33,531 nucleotides of DNA from a virus (Duplodnaviria; Caudoviricetes): the IMG/VR virus record IMGVR_UViG_3300037518_000469, positions 1 through 33,531 of that record; one strand, written 5' to 3'. Below are positions 16,477 through 24,710 of the stretch, one piece after another. The first letter of the stretch is position 1; every line of letters begins with the position of its first letter. Position numbers and translations under genes: made by a program. Under the pieces are notes generated by a model. The model was not told the origin of the DNA. It was given only the letters and a program-made list of their open reading frames with translations, and made no database searches.

Positions 16477-16791
16477 ATGAACACAATCGTAATCGACCTT
16501 TCTCCCTCAGTCAAGACCAAAGCGGAAAACGAAACCGCTTTCGCTCACCTGCAAACGCTGGCCACGCAGCGCATGGCCGAATTTGAACAGGCTTACGGCT
16601 TCCCCACCTCCCTCACCTACGAAGAGGTGCTGGCAACCCTCATGGCCGTTTACACCCGCGAAGGTGGCTACGACTTCACGGGCATGGTTGCCCGTGAAGA
16701 CTTTGCCGACTGGGTAGCGCAGATGGAAGCGGATTTTGATGACATAGCCGACGCCCAGCTTGCCAGCCGTTCAGGAATCCCAATGTTTTAA
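16477..16791 (+). CDS. Hypothetical early protein
   Basis: ATG 16477 with AAGGAG. Confidence 0.7.
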   Translation: MNTIVIDLSPSVKTKAENETAFAHLQTLATQRMAEFEQAYGFPTSLTYEEVLATLMAVYTREGGYDFTGMVAREDFADWVAQMEADFDDIADAQLASRSGIPMF

Positions 16792-16837
16792 ATGAGGCAG
16801 GGGGCGAAAGCCCCCACCTCTCCCAGGAGAAAACACC

Positions 16838-17290
16838 ATGTTACTCGACATCAACTACAACCGCACCCAAAAACAATACGAATGGACCGACCCGGATTCA
16901 GGCGAAATTCTCACCGCCCCGTCCGGCCCCGAAAACAAAGCCCAGCTTTTCCGCGCCGCCGTCGGTATCTTTGACCCCGACTTACACGCCGCCGCCCTGC
17001 GCATGATCGAAGCCCAGCCACAGCTGGAGCGGGTTGTGTGGAAAGCGGTCGAGATCGTAGCCAATGACGGCATTGAAGTTTTTGACGTTGCCCAGGGCAA
17101 CGTCCTGGCAATGGTCAACAGCAGCGACGGATACGGCCGTTACGCCGTTTACAGCGACAATGGCCACACAGCCTGTCAATGCGAACACTGGCAATCCCTC
17201 GTGGCCCCGTTGACCCAAAGCGGGCGTCGCGTCTGCAAACACATCGCCGCTATGTACCTCTGGAAGTTCACCAAAGAAGATCGTTTCTAA
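16838..17290 (+). CDS. SWIM zinc-finger protein
   Basis: Y.V......CQC...CKHIAA. Confidence 0.85.
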   Translation: MLLDINYNRTQKQYEWTDPDSGEILTAPSGPENKAQLFRAAVGIFDPDLHAAALRMIEAQPQLERVVWKAVEIVANDGIEVFDVAQGNVLAMVNSSDGYGRYAVYSDNGHTACQCEHWQSLVAPLTQSGRRVCKHIAAMYLWKFTKEDRF

Positions 17291-17354
17291 ATTTATTTAC
17301 AAAGTGGGGCAGGCAACTGCCCCCATAACATTCCCTACAAGGAGACCCAATATC

Positions 17355-17903
17355 ATGAGTAAAAAAGATGTAGCAGTAGTAGACCCCCAGGAAACGGCCG
17401 TTACGTTTTTCCCGATTAACGACGTGCCGAGCAAGGCCCCGGCCCCACTGCTGGACCTGAGCAACCCGAATCTGTCCTTTGATGACTTGTTCCCCAGTAA
17501 CTATTTCAGCATGGAGGATTTGGACGCCTGGCTGCGAGAGTACGACGCCGAAAGCCGCGTTCTCACCGTGACCGGGGGAAGCATTGAGTATGTTTACGAT
17601 CCCGAGAAAGGAGAGGAAACCGGCGAATATAAATTCTGCTTATCTTTCGCAGAGGTGCCCACGATGCTGGTAATCAACAAATCGCGTGGTCAGCAGCTGC
17701 GGCAAATGACCGGCTCGCCGTTCCCTCGTGTTTGGGTCACGGTCGGACGAATCGCCATTAAGCCCGGCATCAGCAACGGCAAAGCGCAAATCATCATTAC
17801 GGCCGTTCCCGGCAGCGACCCCGTTCCCGCCAACGGCAGCGGCAAGGATTGGAACAGCCACACCGACAACGAAATCGACGAAATGTTTAGCTACAACAAG
17901 TAA
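17355..17903 (+). CDS. Conserved phage protein, possibly ssDNA-binding
   Basis: FPSNYFSMEDL...LTV...K..L.F....LVINKS...W.. pattern and acidic C-terminal tail; AAGGAG SD. Confidence 0.55.
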   Translation: MSKKDVAVVDPQETAVTFFPINDVPSKAPAPLLDLSNPNLSFDDLFPSNYFSMEDLDAWLREYDAESRVLTVTGGSIEYVYDPEKGEETGEYKFCLSFAEVPTMLVINKSRGQQLRQMTGSPFPRVWVTVGRIAIKPGISNGKAQIIITAVPGSDPVPANGSGKDWNSHTDNEIDEMFSYNK

Positions 17904-17966
17904 CCACCTCGCCGGGAAAGGAGCAACCGCGAGCCGGGGCGCGTAATCCCCGGCAAAGGAGACATA

Positions 17967-18125
17967 ATGCAAACCGCAGTTCAACAAGACAAGAAGCCGC
18001 CAGTCGATCCGGAGGCGGAACCGAAGCTGCCCCTGACAAAAGAAGATCAAATCGAATGGTTCAAGCGCCAGGCCGAAATTGACCTGGCTGCTCAGAAATT
18101 GTTCCAGGAAAGGAAACCGACATGA
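17967..18125 (+). CDS. 52-aa hypothetical protein
   Basis: Hand translation MQTAVQQDKKPPVDPEAEPK..; AAGGAG SD; ATGA coupling. Confidence 0.65.
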   Translation: MQTAVQQDKKPPVDPEAEPKLPLTKEDQIEWFKRQAEIDLAAQKLFQERKPT

Positions 18126-18322
18126 TCAACGAACAATCCAATAAAACAGTCTGGGTCATGCACCCGGATGACAACGTACCCGTCGAAGCCACCAAAACCG
18201 GCTACTACCTGCAAAACGGCCGTGCCGTGGGTCTGGAACTGCAATTCCCCGACGGCAGGCGCGTCGGCTTCACCTACGATGAAATCAGATCGTCGATGGC
18301 GCAGGCGGCGGAGATTTTTTAA
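18122..18322 (+). CDS. Hypothetical protein
   Basis: ATGA-coupled, AAGGA SD. Confidence 0.7.
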   Translation: MINEQSNKTVWVMHPDDNVPVEATKTGYYLQNGRAVGLELQFPDGRRVGFTYDEIRSSMAQAAEIF

Positions 18323-18380
18323 TAGTGAGGTACTCAGAGCGCCTAGGCGCGCAAACGGCCGTATGGCCAAAGGAAGCGAA

Positions 18381-18611
18381 ATGAAAATCACAGTCGAGCT
18401 CGAAGTTGAAGATATTTCAGAAAAGCTGGTCATGTTTGAGGATTTCGGCGAACTAACCTCAAACAACGGGGATACCCTGAAGGCGTATCGGGACTATGTA
18501 CTGAAAAGCCCCATTGTCCACTCGCCATCTGGCGAGCGCCGGTACATGATCGACATTCGGCAGATTTACCTGGCGCTCGCCAAAGAAATCACCGAAGGCA
18601 TCTTGCAATAA
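18381..18611 (+). CDS. Hypothetical protein
   Basis: ATG 18381 (MKITVE) after AAGGA. Confidence 0.7.
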   Translation: MKITVELEVEDISEKLVMFEDFGELTSNNGDTLKAYRDYVLKSPIVHSPSGERRYMIDIRQIYLALAKEITEGILQ

Positions 18612-18662
18612 ACGGCCGTAACCCGGCCCCAGGGCCGCGAGGCGGCAAAGGAACAACCATAA

Positions 18663-19085
18663 ATGACGAACATAAACACAATCAATTACAGGCGAGAGCG
18701 CGCAAAGGCTGCAAACGAATTGCTGGAAACAATCGCTGTCTATGGACGACGGTTCTTCAATTACCGGGGCCGGCACGGAATCAGTAAATTCGAGGTTGAT
18801 GATCGCGGCCGCATTTGGTTCATTGACGGCTGTACAGGTGAGAAAATTTATTTGCATTACCGTTACTGGGGAAAAGGATTTAGCGAAGGGGGCACGCTTA
18901 GGGCGCTGGTTGACGCCCTAAAAGTGTTCATTCAAATTGGTCATCCCGTACCGCAATCACATTTTGGCCCGTGGCCCGAATGGGTGTGCGGCGGTGACTT
19001 GTGGGGGTACGGGAGTGACATGGGAACAATTCGCCAAACAGCGGCGAGATTGGGAGTAACCCGCAGTATCGAAAAAGCGAAGTAA
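18663..19085 (+). CDS. Conserved phage hypothetical protein
   Basis: GRRFF..D.RGRIWFID..T..IY..W.GFSEGGTL..LV pattern; SD. Confidence 0.75.
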   Translation: MTNINTINYRRERAKAANELLETIAVYGRRFFNYRGRHGISKFEVDDRGRIWFIDGCTGEKIYLHYRYWGKGFSEGGTLRALVDALKVFIQIGHPVPQSHFGPWPEWVCGGDLWGYGSDMGTIRQTAARLGVTRSIEKAK

Positions 19086-19144
19086 CAGCAAAAACGGCCG
19101 TAACCCGGCCACCAGGCCGCAGCGGGCGGCGAAGGAGTGATCGC

Positions 19145-19339
19145 ATGAGCAAGGTTGTAATCTGTTATGGCCGTTTCGAGATAACAACAGAAAAAGGGGA
19201 GGATGGGCACAGAGCATTGGTCAACCATCCAGAACTAAAACGGCCGTATTTTACCGATTATTACAAAGACCCGACAAAGGCGGTCGAGGCGGCGAAGCGG
19301 GCACTCGCAGACCTAACAAACGAGTTAACCCGTCGTTGA
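19145..19339 (+). CDS. Hypothetical protein
   Basis: AAGGAG SD. Confidence 0.7.
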   Translation: MSKVVICYGRFEITTEKGEDGHRALVNHPELKRPYFTDYYKDPTKAVEAAKRALADLTNELTRR

Positions 19340-19415
19340 AAATCTAACAGCAAAAACGGCCGTTTCCCCACCTCGTCAAAGACAGGAAACGGCCGTATCA
19401 CGAGGAACTAAACCC

Positions 19416-19667
19416 ATGACAGAACCATTTTACCACACCGTGATCATCCATCTACACATAGCCTACGATGGTCACTTTTACTTCTACAACCGCCACGAAA
19501 ACGGCCGTATCGTCATCGATGCTGATCGCATCAGCGCCCAGCGCGCCGCCGACATCATGAAACTCAACGACGATGACCCGGCCGTGCAAACGAGCAAGCG
19601 TCCCATCGGCAGCGGCTGGAGCTGGATGGCCAGCGTCAATGTTCAGGTGGAGGAGGAGGCGGCATGA
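19416..19667 (+). CDS. Hypothetical protein
   Basis: GAGG SD; coupled to the next gene. Confidence 0.7.
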   Translation: MTEPFYHTVIIHLHIAYDGHFYFYNRHENGRIVIDADRISAQRAADIMKLNDDDPAVQTSKRPIGSGWSWMASVNVQVEEEAA

Positions 19668-19978
19668 ACCTGTTATCACCTGCATTACTAGCTTTAGTAA
19701 CGGCCGTCCTGCTCATCCTCTTTGGCTACTGGCTGCACGGCCGTACCGAAACGGCCGTAACCCCAGCACCACCGGCCCCCGCCTGGCTCAGCCGCGAGGA
19801 GGCAGTGGACCAGTTGCGCGCCCTGCGCGGTGAACTGGAAACCGACGGCGAGTTCGGCCAGGCTCAGGCGCTGTTGCTGTTTGACTGCTGCGCGTTCCTG
19901 GGTTTTGATGAAGGCGAAATCCAGGCTGTCATCGGCGCGGCCTGGTTTGACGCCATCGAGGAACCGGCCGATGTATGA
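19664..19978 (+). CDS. N-terminally membrane-anchored protein
   Basis: Hydrophobic N-terminus; ATGA coupling. Confidence 0.7.
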   Translation: MNLLSPALLALVTAVLLILFGYWLHGRTETAVTPAPPAPAWLSREEAVDQLRALRGELETDGEFGQAQALLLFDCCAFLGFDEGEIQAVIGAAWFDAIEEPADV

Positions 19979-20174
19979 GGACCTGGCCATCATCAACCTG
20001 CAAACTGGCGAAATAACCCCGCTCGACGAATGGCTTCATGACCACCGGCGGCGGCAGCTGCAACTCATTTTGGCCCAGCTGGGGCAGGTGCCCACGGGAG
20101 TGGGGGAGGCAGGGGAGGGGGTAGACCCTGACGAAATGGCGCGGGCGCTGTTTGCGCGGCGGGAGGAGGGGTGA
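19971..20174 (+). CDS. Hypothetical protein
   Basis: ATG 19971 (MYEDLA) with GAGG. Confidence 0.6.
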   Translation: MYEDLAIINLQTGEITPLDEWLHDHRRRQLQLILAQLGQVPTGVGEAGEGVDPDEMARALFARREEG

Positions 20175-20191
20175 AAAAATTTAGTGAAGTT

Positions 20192-20222
20192 AGCCCGGCC
20201 TAATCCGTCGGGCTTTCTTTTT
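20192..20222 (+). terminator. Intrinsic terminator of the early operon
   Basis: AGCCCGGC-7-GTCGGGCT-TTCTTTTT. Confidence 0.7.
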
Positions 20223-20493
20223 GCCAAATCAATGCCCTCGCCACCTCCCCTAAAAACGGCCGTTCCCCCCACTTCTCGCAGCCAACACGCAAAATCCACC
20301 GCGCCAGATTGCGCCGGTGCCGTGGCGGCAATAGCGGTTGCTCATCCCCCAGCACGTCGGCCGCCAGCTGGGCCAGGTCGGGCAGGGCGGCCGATTCCAG
20401 CCGGATAAAATCGCCCTGGTGGTGTTCTGGCTCGGCGTCGGTGAGCACACGGCCGTAACCGCTGCCTCTGTGGTAGATTTTGAGGACGCGCAA
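20200..20493 (-). CDS. Hypothetical protein
   Basis: TTG start with AAGGAG SD. Confidence 0.55.
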   Translation of the reverse strand: MRVLKIYHRGSGYGRVLTDAEPEHHQGDFIRLESAALPDLAQLAADVLGDEQPLLPPRHRRNLARWILRVGCEKWGERPFLGEVARALIWQKESPTD

Positions 20494-20641
20494 GGTGTCT
20501 CCTTTTTTCGACTGTTGATACGGCCGTATGCGCCTGGTTGCTGAGTGGAGTGGGGCGCATCCCTCGCGGCCGTTGTGAATCGAATATTTGACCAGTTTTG
20601 AAATTGGTAGAAAAATTTAAGGTAAATAGTACCTTTTGCTA

Positions 20642-20670
20642 TTGCTAAACCCAAGCGGTTAGCTTACAAT
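20642..20670 (+). promoter_or_regulatory. Cassette promoter with dyad spacer
   Basis: TTGCTA-17-TACAAT; imperfect dyad GCTAA...TTAGC across the spacer. Confidence 0.65.
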
Positions 20671-20708
20671 AGAGACATCTTACAAATACAGCAGAAAGGG
20701 ATACGGAA

Positions 20709-21017
20709 ATGACAACATACTTCACCTACAGCGGCAGAAATGAAAAGAAAAACTTACAGTTAGACGGCAATTTATTGACCGGTGATACCTATGATGTAAA
20801 AAACTTTATCCGTCAACATTGTGGCGGAACCTGGGATGAAGCCACGCAGGGCTGGCGCATAAACGTTGACAAATTGATGGCCCTCACGGAAATCCGTAAC
20901 CAAATCGGCCTTGATATTGACAACAGCCCCCGCCCCCAAGCCGCGCAGCAACAATCAACAATGAGCCGGGCGCAGTATTACGACCTCATCACCGAGGGGC
21001 ATGGAAAAGATTGGTAG
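20709..21017 (+). CDS. Hypothetical moron protein
   Basis: GDTYDVKNFIR..GG.WD....GW motif; low GC. Confidence 0.75.
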   Translation: MTTYFTYSGRNEKKNLQLDGNLLTGDTYDVKNFIRQHCGGTWDEATQGWRINVDKLMALTEIRNQIGLDIDNSPRPQAAQQQSTMSRAQYYDLITEGHGKDW

Positions 21018-21077
21018 TCTGGCGATTAAAAATAACCTTCGCCGGGTGGGTGGGTAAACCCGACAAGAGGAAAAATC

Positions 21078-21368
21078 ATGAGAATCAAAATCTACATTAA
21101 AGACCTTGAGCTTGACAAAGTCCTAGAGCAGTTGGGTGAGTGTGTATGTGACAGCCCTGGTCGGGCATTGCAGATATATGAAGATAAGCAACTGCTCTGG
21201 GCAGAACGCGGCTATCAGCCTACGCTTTGCTACGAAGACATCAGCGACCCAGCCGCGCAATCCCTAGGCCGTCGGGGCGGATCCGTCACCAGCAAAGCCA
21301 AATCCGCAGCAGCCCGCGCAAACGGCCGTAAAGGTGGCCGCCCGCGTAAAAATCCCGCACCAAAATAG
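21078..21368 (+). CDS. Small protein with basic LGRRGG..SKAK..AAR.NGRKGGRP tail (probably nucleic-acid binding)
   Basis: Motif recalled from small phage proteins; GAGG SD. Confidence 0.7.
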   Translation: MRIKIYIKDLELDKVLEQLGECVCDSPGRALQIYEDKQLLWAERGYQPTLCYEDISDPAAQSLGRRGGSVTSKAKSAAARANGRKGGRPRKNPAPK

Positions 21369-21393
21369 GTCAAATATTCGATTGTAAAAGTAC

Positions 21394-21419
21394 AGCCCGG
21401 CGCCCTTGCCGGGCTTTTT
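21394..21419. terminator. Intrinsic terminator between the cassette and the endolysin
   Basis: AGCCCGGC-gccctt-GCCGGGCT-TTTT. Confidence 0.75.
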
Positions 21420-21425
21420 CATTTC

Positions 21426-23774
21426 CTACCCAAACGCCTCGTGATAGCAGCTGCCAGCGATCTTATTCGGCTGCTGGTCGGTGTGGGGAATCAGCTCCTT
21501 GATCCAGCTCTCGCGGCCGTGCCGGTTCGACCAACCTGCATAGCCTAGCCCGGCAGCCAGCCAGTATTGTTCTTCCACCACGCCATTGACCAACCATTGT
21601 AAATGCGCCACGTTTGGCAGCTTGATACCGTGCGGGCTGGTCCATTCCGGGTACAGCGCCTTGAACAGCATGACGTTTGTCCAGCTGCTCTTCTCCCCCG
21701 TCGGCTGGCAGTTTGACTTAAAATAGAATGTGGTCGTCTCCTGCCGGGTAAACGTCTGGCCCACGGCCCACTGTGCCGGGATCCAGCCGGTCGGTGAGTT
21801 AACGGTGTAGTATTTGCCATCGCCAGGCGAATCGTCTATGAGGAAGTAGATACGGCCGTCCACAATCATCCGCTTCTCAAACTCACCGCCTTTTGTTACA
21901 AACAGGTAGCCGCCGTGGAGCTGGAGTTGCTGGCGCACGTCGCCCTGTCCCCAGTTGGTCGGCTTGATGCTGATGTCACCGTAGGTACGGCCGTTGGGCG
22001 GCAGGTAGTATTGGGTCATATCTACCGTTTGGGCGGGCGGTGGTGGTGGGGGAGGGGGTGGCGCGGCCGTTTCCGGCCGGTAAAAAATCGCCTCCAACAC
22101 ATCACTGCCGGCAATCGCGTAGCGGCTGTTGACTGTGGCAATGTCGCCCCACCATGGATCCATCATGTAAAAATCCGTCTCGCCCTCGTAGCCAATCACC
22201 AGCACCCAGTGCTGATCAAAATCACTGTCGGCCGGATCGAAATCCACCCGGCAGGGCACTGGCCAGCCATTATCGATCCACTCGCGGATCTTCGGCCGCA
22301 TGGCCGCCGACTCGCGGCCCAGAAAGCCATCGTAGACCACAGATTCGGGGTAGGCAGTGCGCAGCGCGGCCGGCTGGATAAATTGCGCGCTGAACGCGCC
22401 CTGGCTCACGTAGTGGGCATTTTCCGCGTCCGGCAGGCGGGTGGTCAGCTGCCAGTAGCGGGCCAGGGCTGTGTAGGCCACAAGTAGGCAGCCCCAGCTG
22501 CCGATGGTTTTGCCGTGCCCCGTCGCCTGGCCCAGCGTCGCGTTGGCCCAACGGCCGTCACGCTGTCCCAGCGGCTCGACGTTCAGATACGGCAGTTCCG
22601 GTTCTGGTTGCTGGCCGTTGCTATACAGCGGCTGCCAGCCGTAGCCCGCCGCATCGACCAGGTCCACTGCCGCATCGTCCCGATCCGGATGAGAAAACTT
22701 GACCAGCGATTCCTCGTTGCCACCGGCCAGGATGGTCATCATATCGTCGTGGCTGGCCGTCATTGTATGCCGAAAGGGGTAGGTGGTGACGGCCGCTTCC
22801 TGCCACTCTTCGGCCGTCACGTCTTGGGCCACCTTGACCACAATCGCTTTATGTTTGTCCATTGGTTGCTCCACCTCCGGGGGTGCCCATTTCGGCAGCC
22901 CCTTATAAAGTTTTGGTTCGATTTGCTTCAAATAGGCCGTGTAATCGGCATTAAACTCGCTGCCGCCCGTTTCCCACCAGCACAGGCCAATCAGCAGCCC
23001 GCTTTCGGCATACGGCCGCAGCGCCGCCTCCCAGCCCAAAACCTGCTGCTCAAAACGGCCGTAATCCACCACACCGTAGCCGGCCTCAAGCCCACATTCG
23101 GTGAGGATGCCGCCGCCGCCGTACCCGGCAGATTTCAAATACTCCAATTCCTGAATCACCCGCGCTGGTTGGCCGGGTTTGGGCGAGCCGTCCGGCAAAA
23201 CCAGGCTGCCGGTGCCGGGAATGTCTTTGCCGGCGGCATCTGTGTCAGCCTGGCCGTAAACGTGACGGCCGTACACATGCCCCCAGGTTTCCCACGCTTC
23301 GATAACAAACGGTGCAATAATTTGCTGCCACAACGCAAAATCACCCGGCGTGCCCCCGGCCAGGTTGCCCACGCAGCATTTATAGCCGTCGGCACCGGCC
23401 GCCCAGCTAATGGCCCGGTCAATATCCACCATGCGCTGGATGGCCCACGGGTCATTACCGCCCTGTTCGTTTTGGATAATTCGGTAATGGGTTGGGTTTT
23501 TGTCCCAGGCGGCGCGAAAGCTGCCGCCGTTTTCCGTGCGCTCTTTGAACCAGTAGCGGCCGTACTGGTCCCAGGTTACAGCACCTGGCTGGAACGTGTG
23601 GAAGTCAGGGCTGGTTTCACCGTTGGGGAAAACGCGGGTATCGCGCAGCACAGTGATGGTGTCTGGGAGCTGCTCGTCACCGCCCAACCCCACGCCGTTC
23701 AGCGAGACCACCGCCCGCGCCGGGTACTGTTCGATGCCGTTAGTTCGCATGTGGAGCCCGGTTAAACCGACCAT
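21426..23774 (-). CDS. Multidomain endolysin-like hydrolase (GH TIM-barrel-like + C39-like peptidase + beta-rich C-terminal domain)
   Basis: IIQNE and ILTECG (clan-A GH-like Glu pair); LGQRD..W..GCLLVA..QHWVLVIG..MMDPW (C39-like); poly-Pro linker; downstream of the holin. Confidence 0.7.
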   Translation of the reverse strand: MVGLTGLHMRTNGIEQYPARAVVSLNGVGLGGDEQLPDTITVLRDTRVFPNGETSPDFHTFQPGAVTWDQYGRYWFKERTENGGSFRAAWDKNPTHYRIIQNEQGGNDPWAIQRMVDIDRAISWAAGADGYKCCVGNLAGGTPGDFALWQQIIAPFVIEAWETWGHVYGRHVYGQADTDAAGKDIPGTGSLVLPDGSPKPGQPARVIQELEYLKSAGYGGGGILTECGLEAGYGVVDYGRFEQQVLGWEAALRPYAESGLLIGLCWWETGGSEFNADYTAYLKQIEPKLYKGLPKWAPPEVEQPMDKHKAIVVKVAQDVTAEEWQEAAVTTYPFRHTMTASHDDMMTILAGGNEESLVKFSHPDRDDAAVDLVDAAGYGWQPLYSNGQQPEPELPYLNVEPLGQRDGRWANATLGQATGHGKTIGSWGCLLVAYTALARYWQLTTRLPDAENAHYVSQGAFSAQFIQPAALRTAYPESVVYDGFLGRESAAMRPKIREWIDNGWPVPCRVDFDPADSDFDQHWVLVIGYEGETDFYMMDPWWGDIATVNSRYAIAGSDVLEAIFYRPETAAPPPPPPPPPAQTVDMTQYYLPPNGRTYGDISIKPTNWGQGDVRQQLQLHGGYLFVTKGGEFEKRMIVDGRIYFLIDDSPGDGKYYTVNSPTGWIPAQWAVGQTFTRQETTTFYFKSNCQPTGEKSSWTNVMLFKALYPEWTSPHGIKLPNVAHLQWLVNGVVEEQYWLAAGLGYAGWSNRHGRESWIKELIPHTDQQPNKIAGSCYHEAFG

Positions 23775-24245
23775 CTAATCAATCTCCTCGACGCGAACCA
23801 TGTCGGTGTGCCAATCCCAAACCAAATCGTGCATAGGGTACGGTGACAGCACATCAACCGGCACGACCCAAACGCCGTAGCCGTCGTGGTAAAACGGCTG
23901 CCGGTAACTCTCCAGGCCAAAATTATCATAGCAGGCAACTTGTAGCTCCTGACCCTGCCACACAAACGATACGGCCGTTGTCCAGTAAAATAATGTCCAA
24001 TCCTGGATACACGCCCCAACTTTTTGCGCGTGGTCTGGTGACGTTGGCTGCATGTTGGCGTATGCCTCTGGGCTGCCGTCGGCTTGCCCGTTCCACGGTA
24101 TGGGCTCACCGTCTGGCCCAAAAAACCAATATGCCGTAACGGACAGCGGCATTTGTCCGATTGGCGGTACGGCCGTTACCGTTTCCACAGCGCCGCTGAT
24201 TGCGAACAGGATACATACGGCCGTTTGGCATAGGGGGACTATCAT
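23775..24245 (-). CDS. Exported protein, 3D/double-psi beta-barrel-like
   Basis: Signal-like N-terminus; SVTAY...ADG...CYDNFG...VDV spacing. Confidence 0.5.
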   Translation of the reverse strand: MIVPLCQTAVCILFAISGAVETVTAVPPIGQMPLSVTAYWFFGPDGEPIPWNGQADGSPEAYANMQPTSPDHAQKVGACIQDWTLFYWTTAVSFVWQGQELQVACYDNFGLESYRQPFYHDGYGVWVVPVDVLSPYPMHDLVWDWHTDMVRVEEID

Positions 24246-24375
24246 CTGCGCCTCGTGGCTAGCGTGACAACAATCCAGCCGCCCAACAGCACAACAACGA
24301 CAATTCCAACGGCGGGCAGACGTCCGCTAAGATATTCAGTAGCTCAATTTGCTGACCCGTTTGAAGGGGTATCAT
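24242..24375 (-). pseudogene. About 44-aa TM peptide gene with an apparent 1-nt frameshift
   Basis: ATGA overlaps at both ends but 134 nt long; the second frame encodes AVGIVVVVLLGGWIVVTLATRRR*. Confidence 0.4.
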
Positions 24376-24710
24376 GTATCATCCTCACTATCTGGATTCA
24401 AGCGCCAGACCCATTTCGGCCGGTCGCCCTCCAGGAATCCAATGAATACATCCATTGTTTTGCGCCGGTAAAAATGCCCTACCAGCGCCTGTATCTTGCC
24501 CCGCTTTTCGTCACCACCCAGGGATTCGTAATCGACGCCCATGTCAAAACAGAGCTGTGCCAATTCCGCCCGGCTGTAGGCTTGCGTCATTGTGGCCGCG
24601 AGGTGACCGGCCTGGGCCTTGCGGCGGCTCTCTTTCAGCCGCCCGGTATCGGTCGGCCGTTTGGGGATGATAAAAACCCCGCTGTCCGACTCGTTGACGA
24701 CGGCCGTCAT
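24372..24710 (-). CDS. Effector-associated domain (EAD7-like, Death-like fold) protein
   Basis: YSRAELAQLCFDMGVDYESLGGDEKRGKIQALV...RR...F...RP matches the EAD7 pattern F..EEL..LCFDLGVDY..L.G..K..K..EL as I recall it. Confidence 0.7.
   Translation of the reverse strand: MTAVVNESDSGVFIIPKRPTDTGRLKESRRKAQAGHLAATMTQAYSRAELAQLCFDMGVDYESLGGDEKRGKIQALVGHFYRRKTMDVFIGFLEGDRPKWVWRLNPDSEDDT

Larger units (their letters stand above)
20578..21383. repeat. 16-bp perfect inverted repeats bounding a two-gene cassette
   Basis: AATCGAATATTTGACC (20578-20593) / GGTCAAATATTCGATT (21368-21383); 21 of 23 bp when extended inward. Confidence 0.9.

Noticed and set aside
20578-21383. Autonomous IS element
   Set aside because: Neither ORF has DDE, HUH or serine recombinase motifs
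22515-23765. Long plus-strand ORFs (also 176-787, 2168-2842, 28450-29444)
   Set aside because: Antisense shadows of well-supported minus-strand genes in GC-rich DNA
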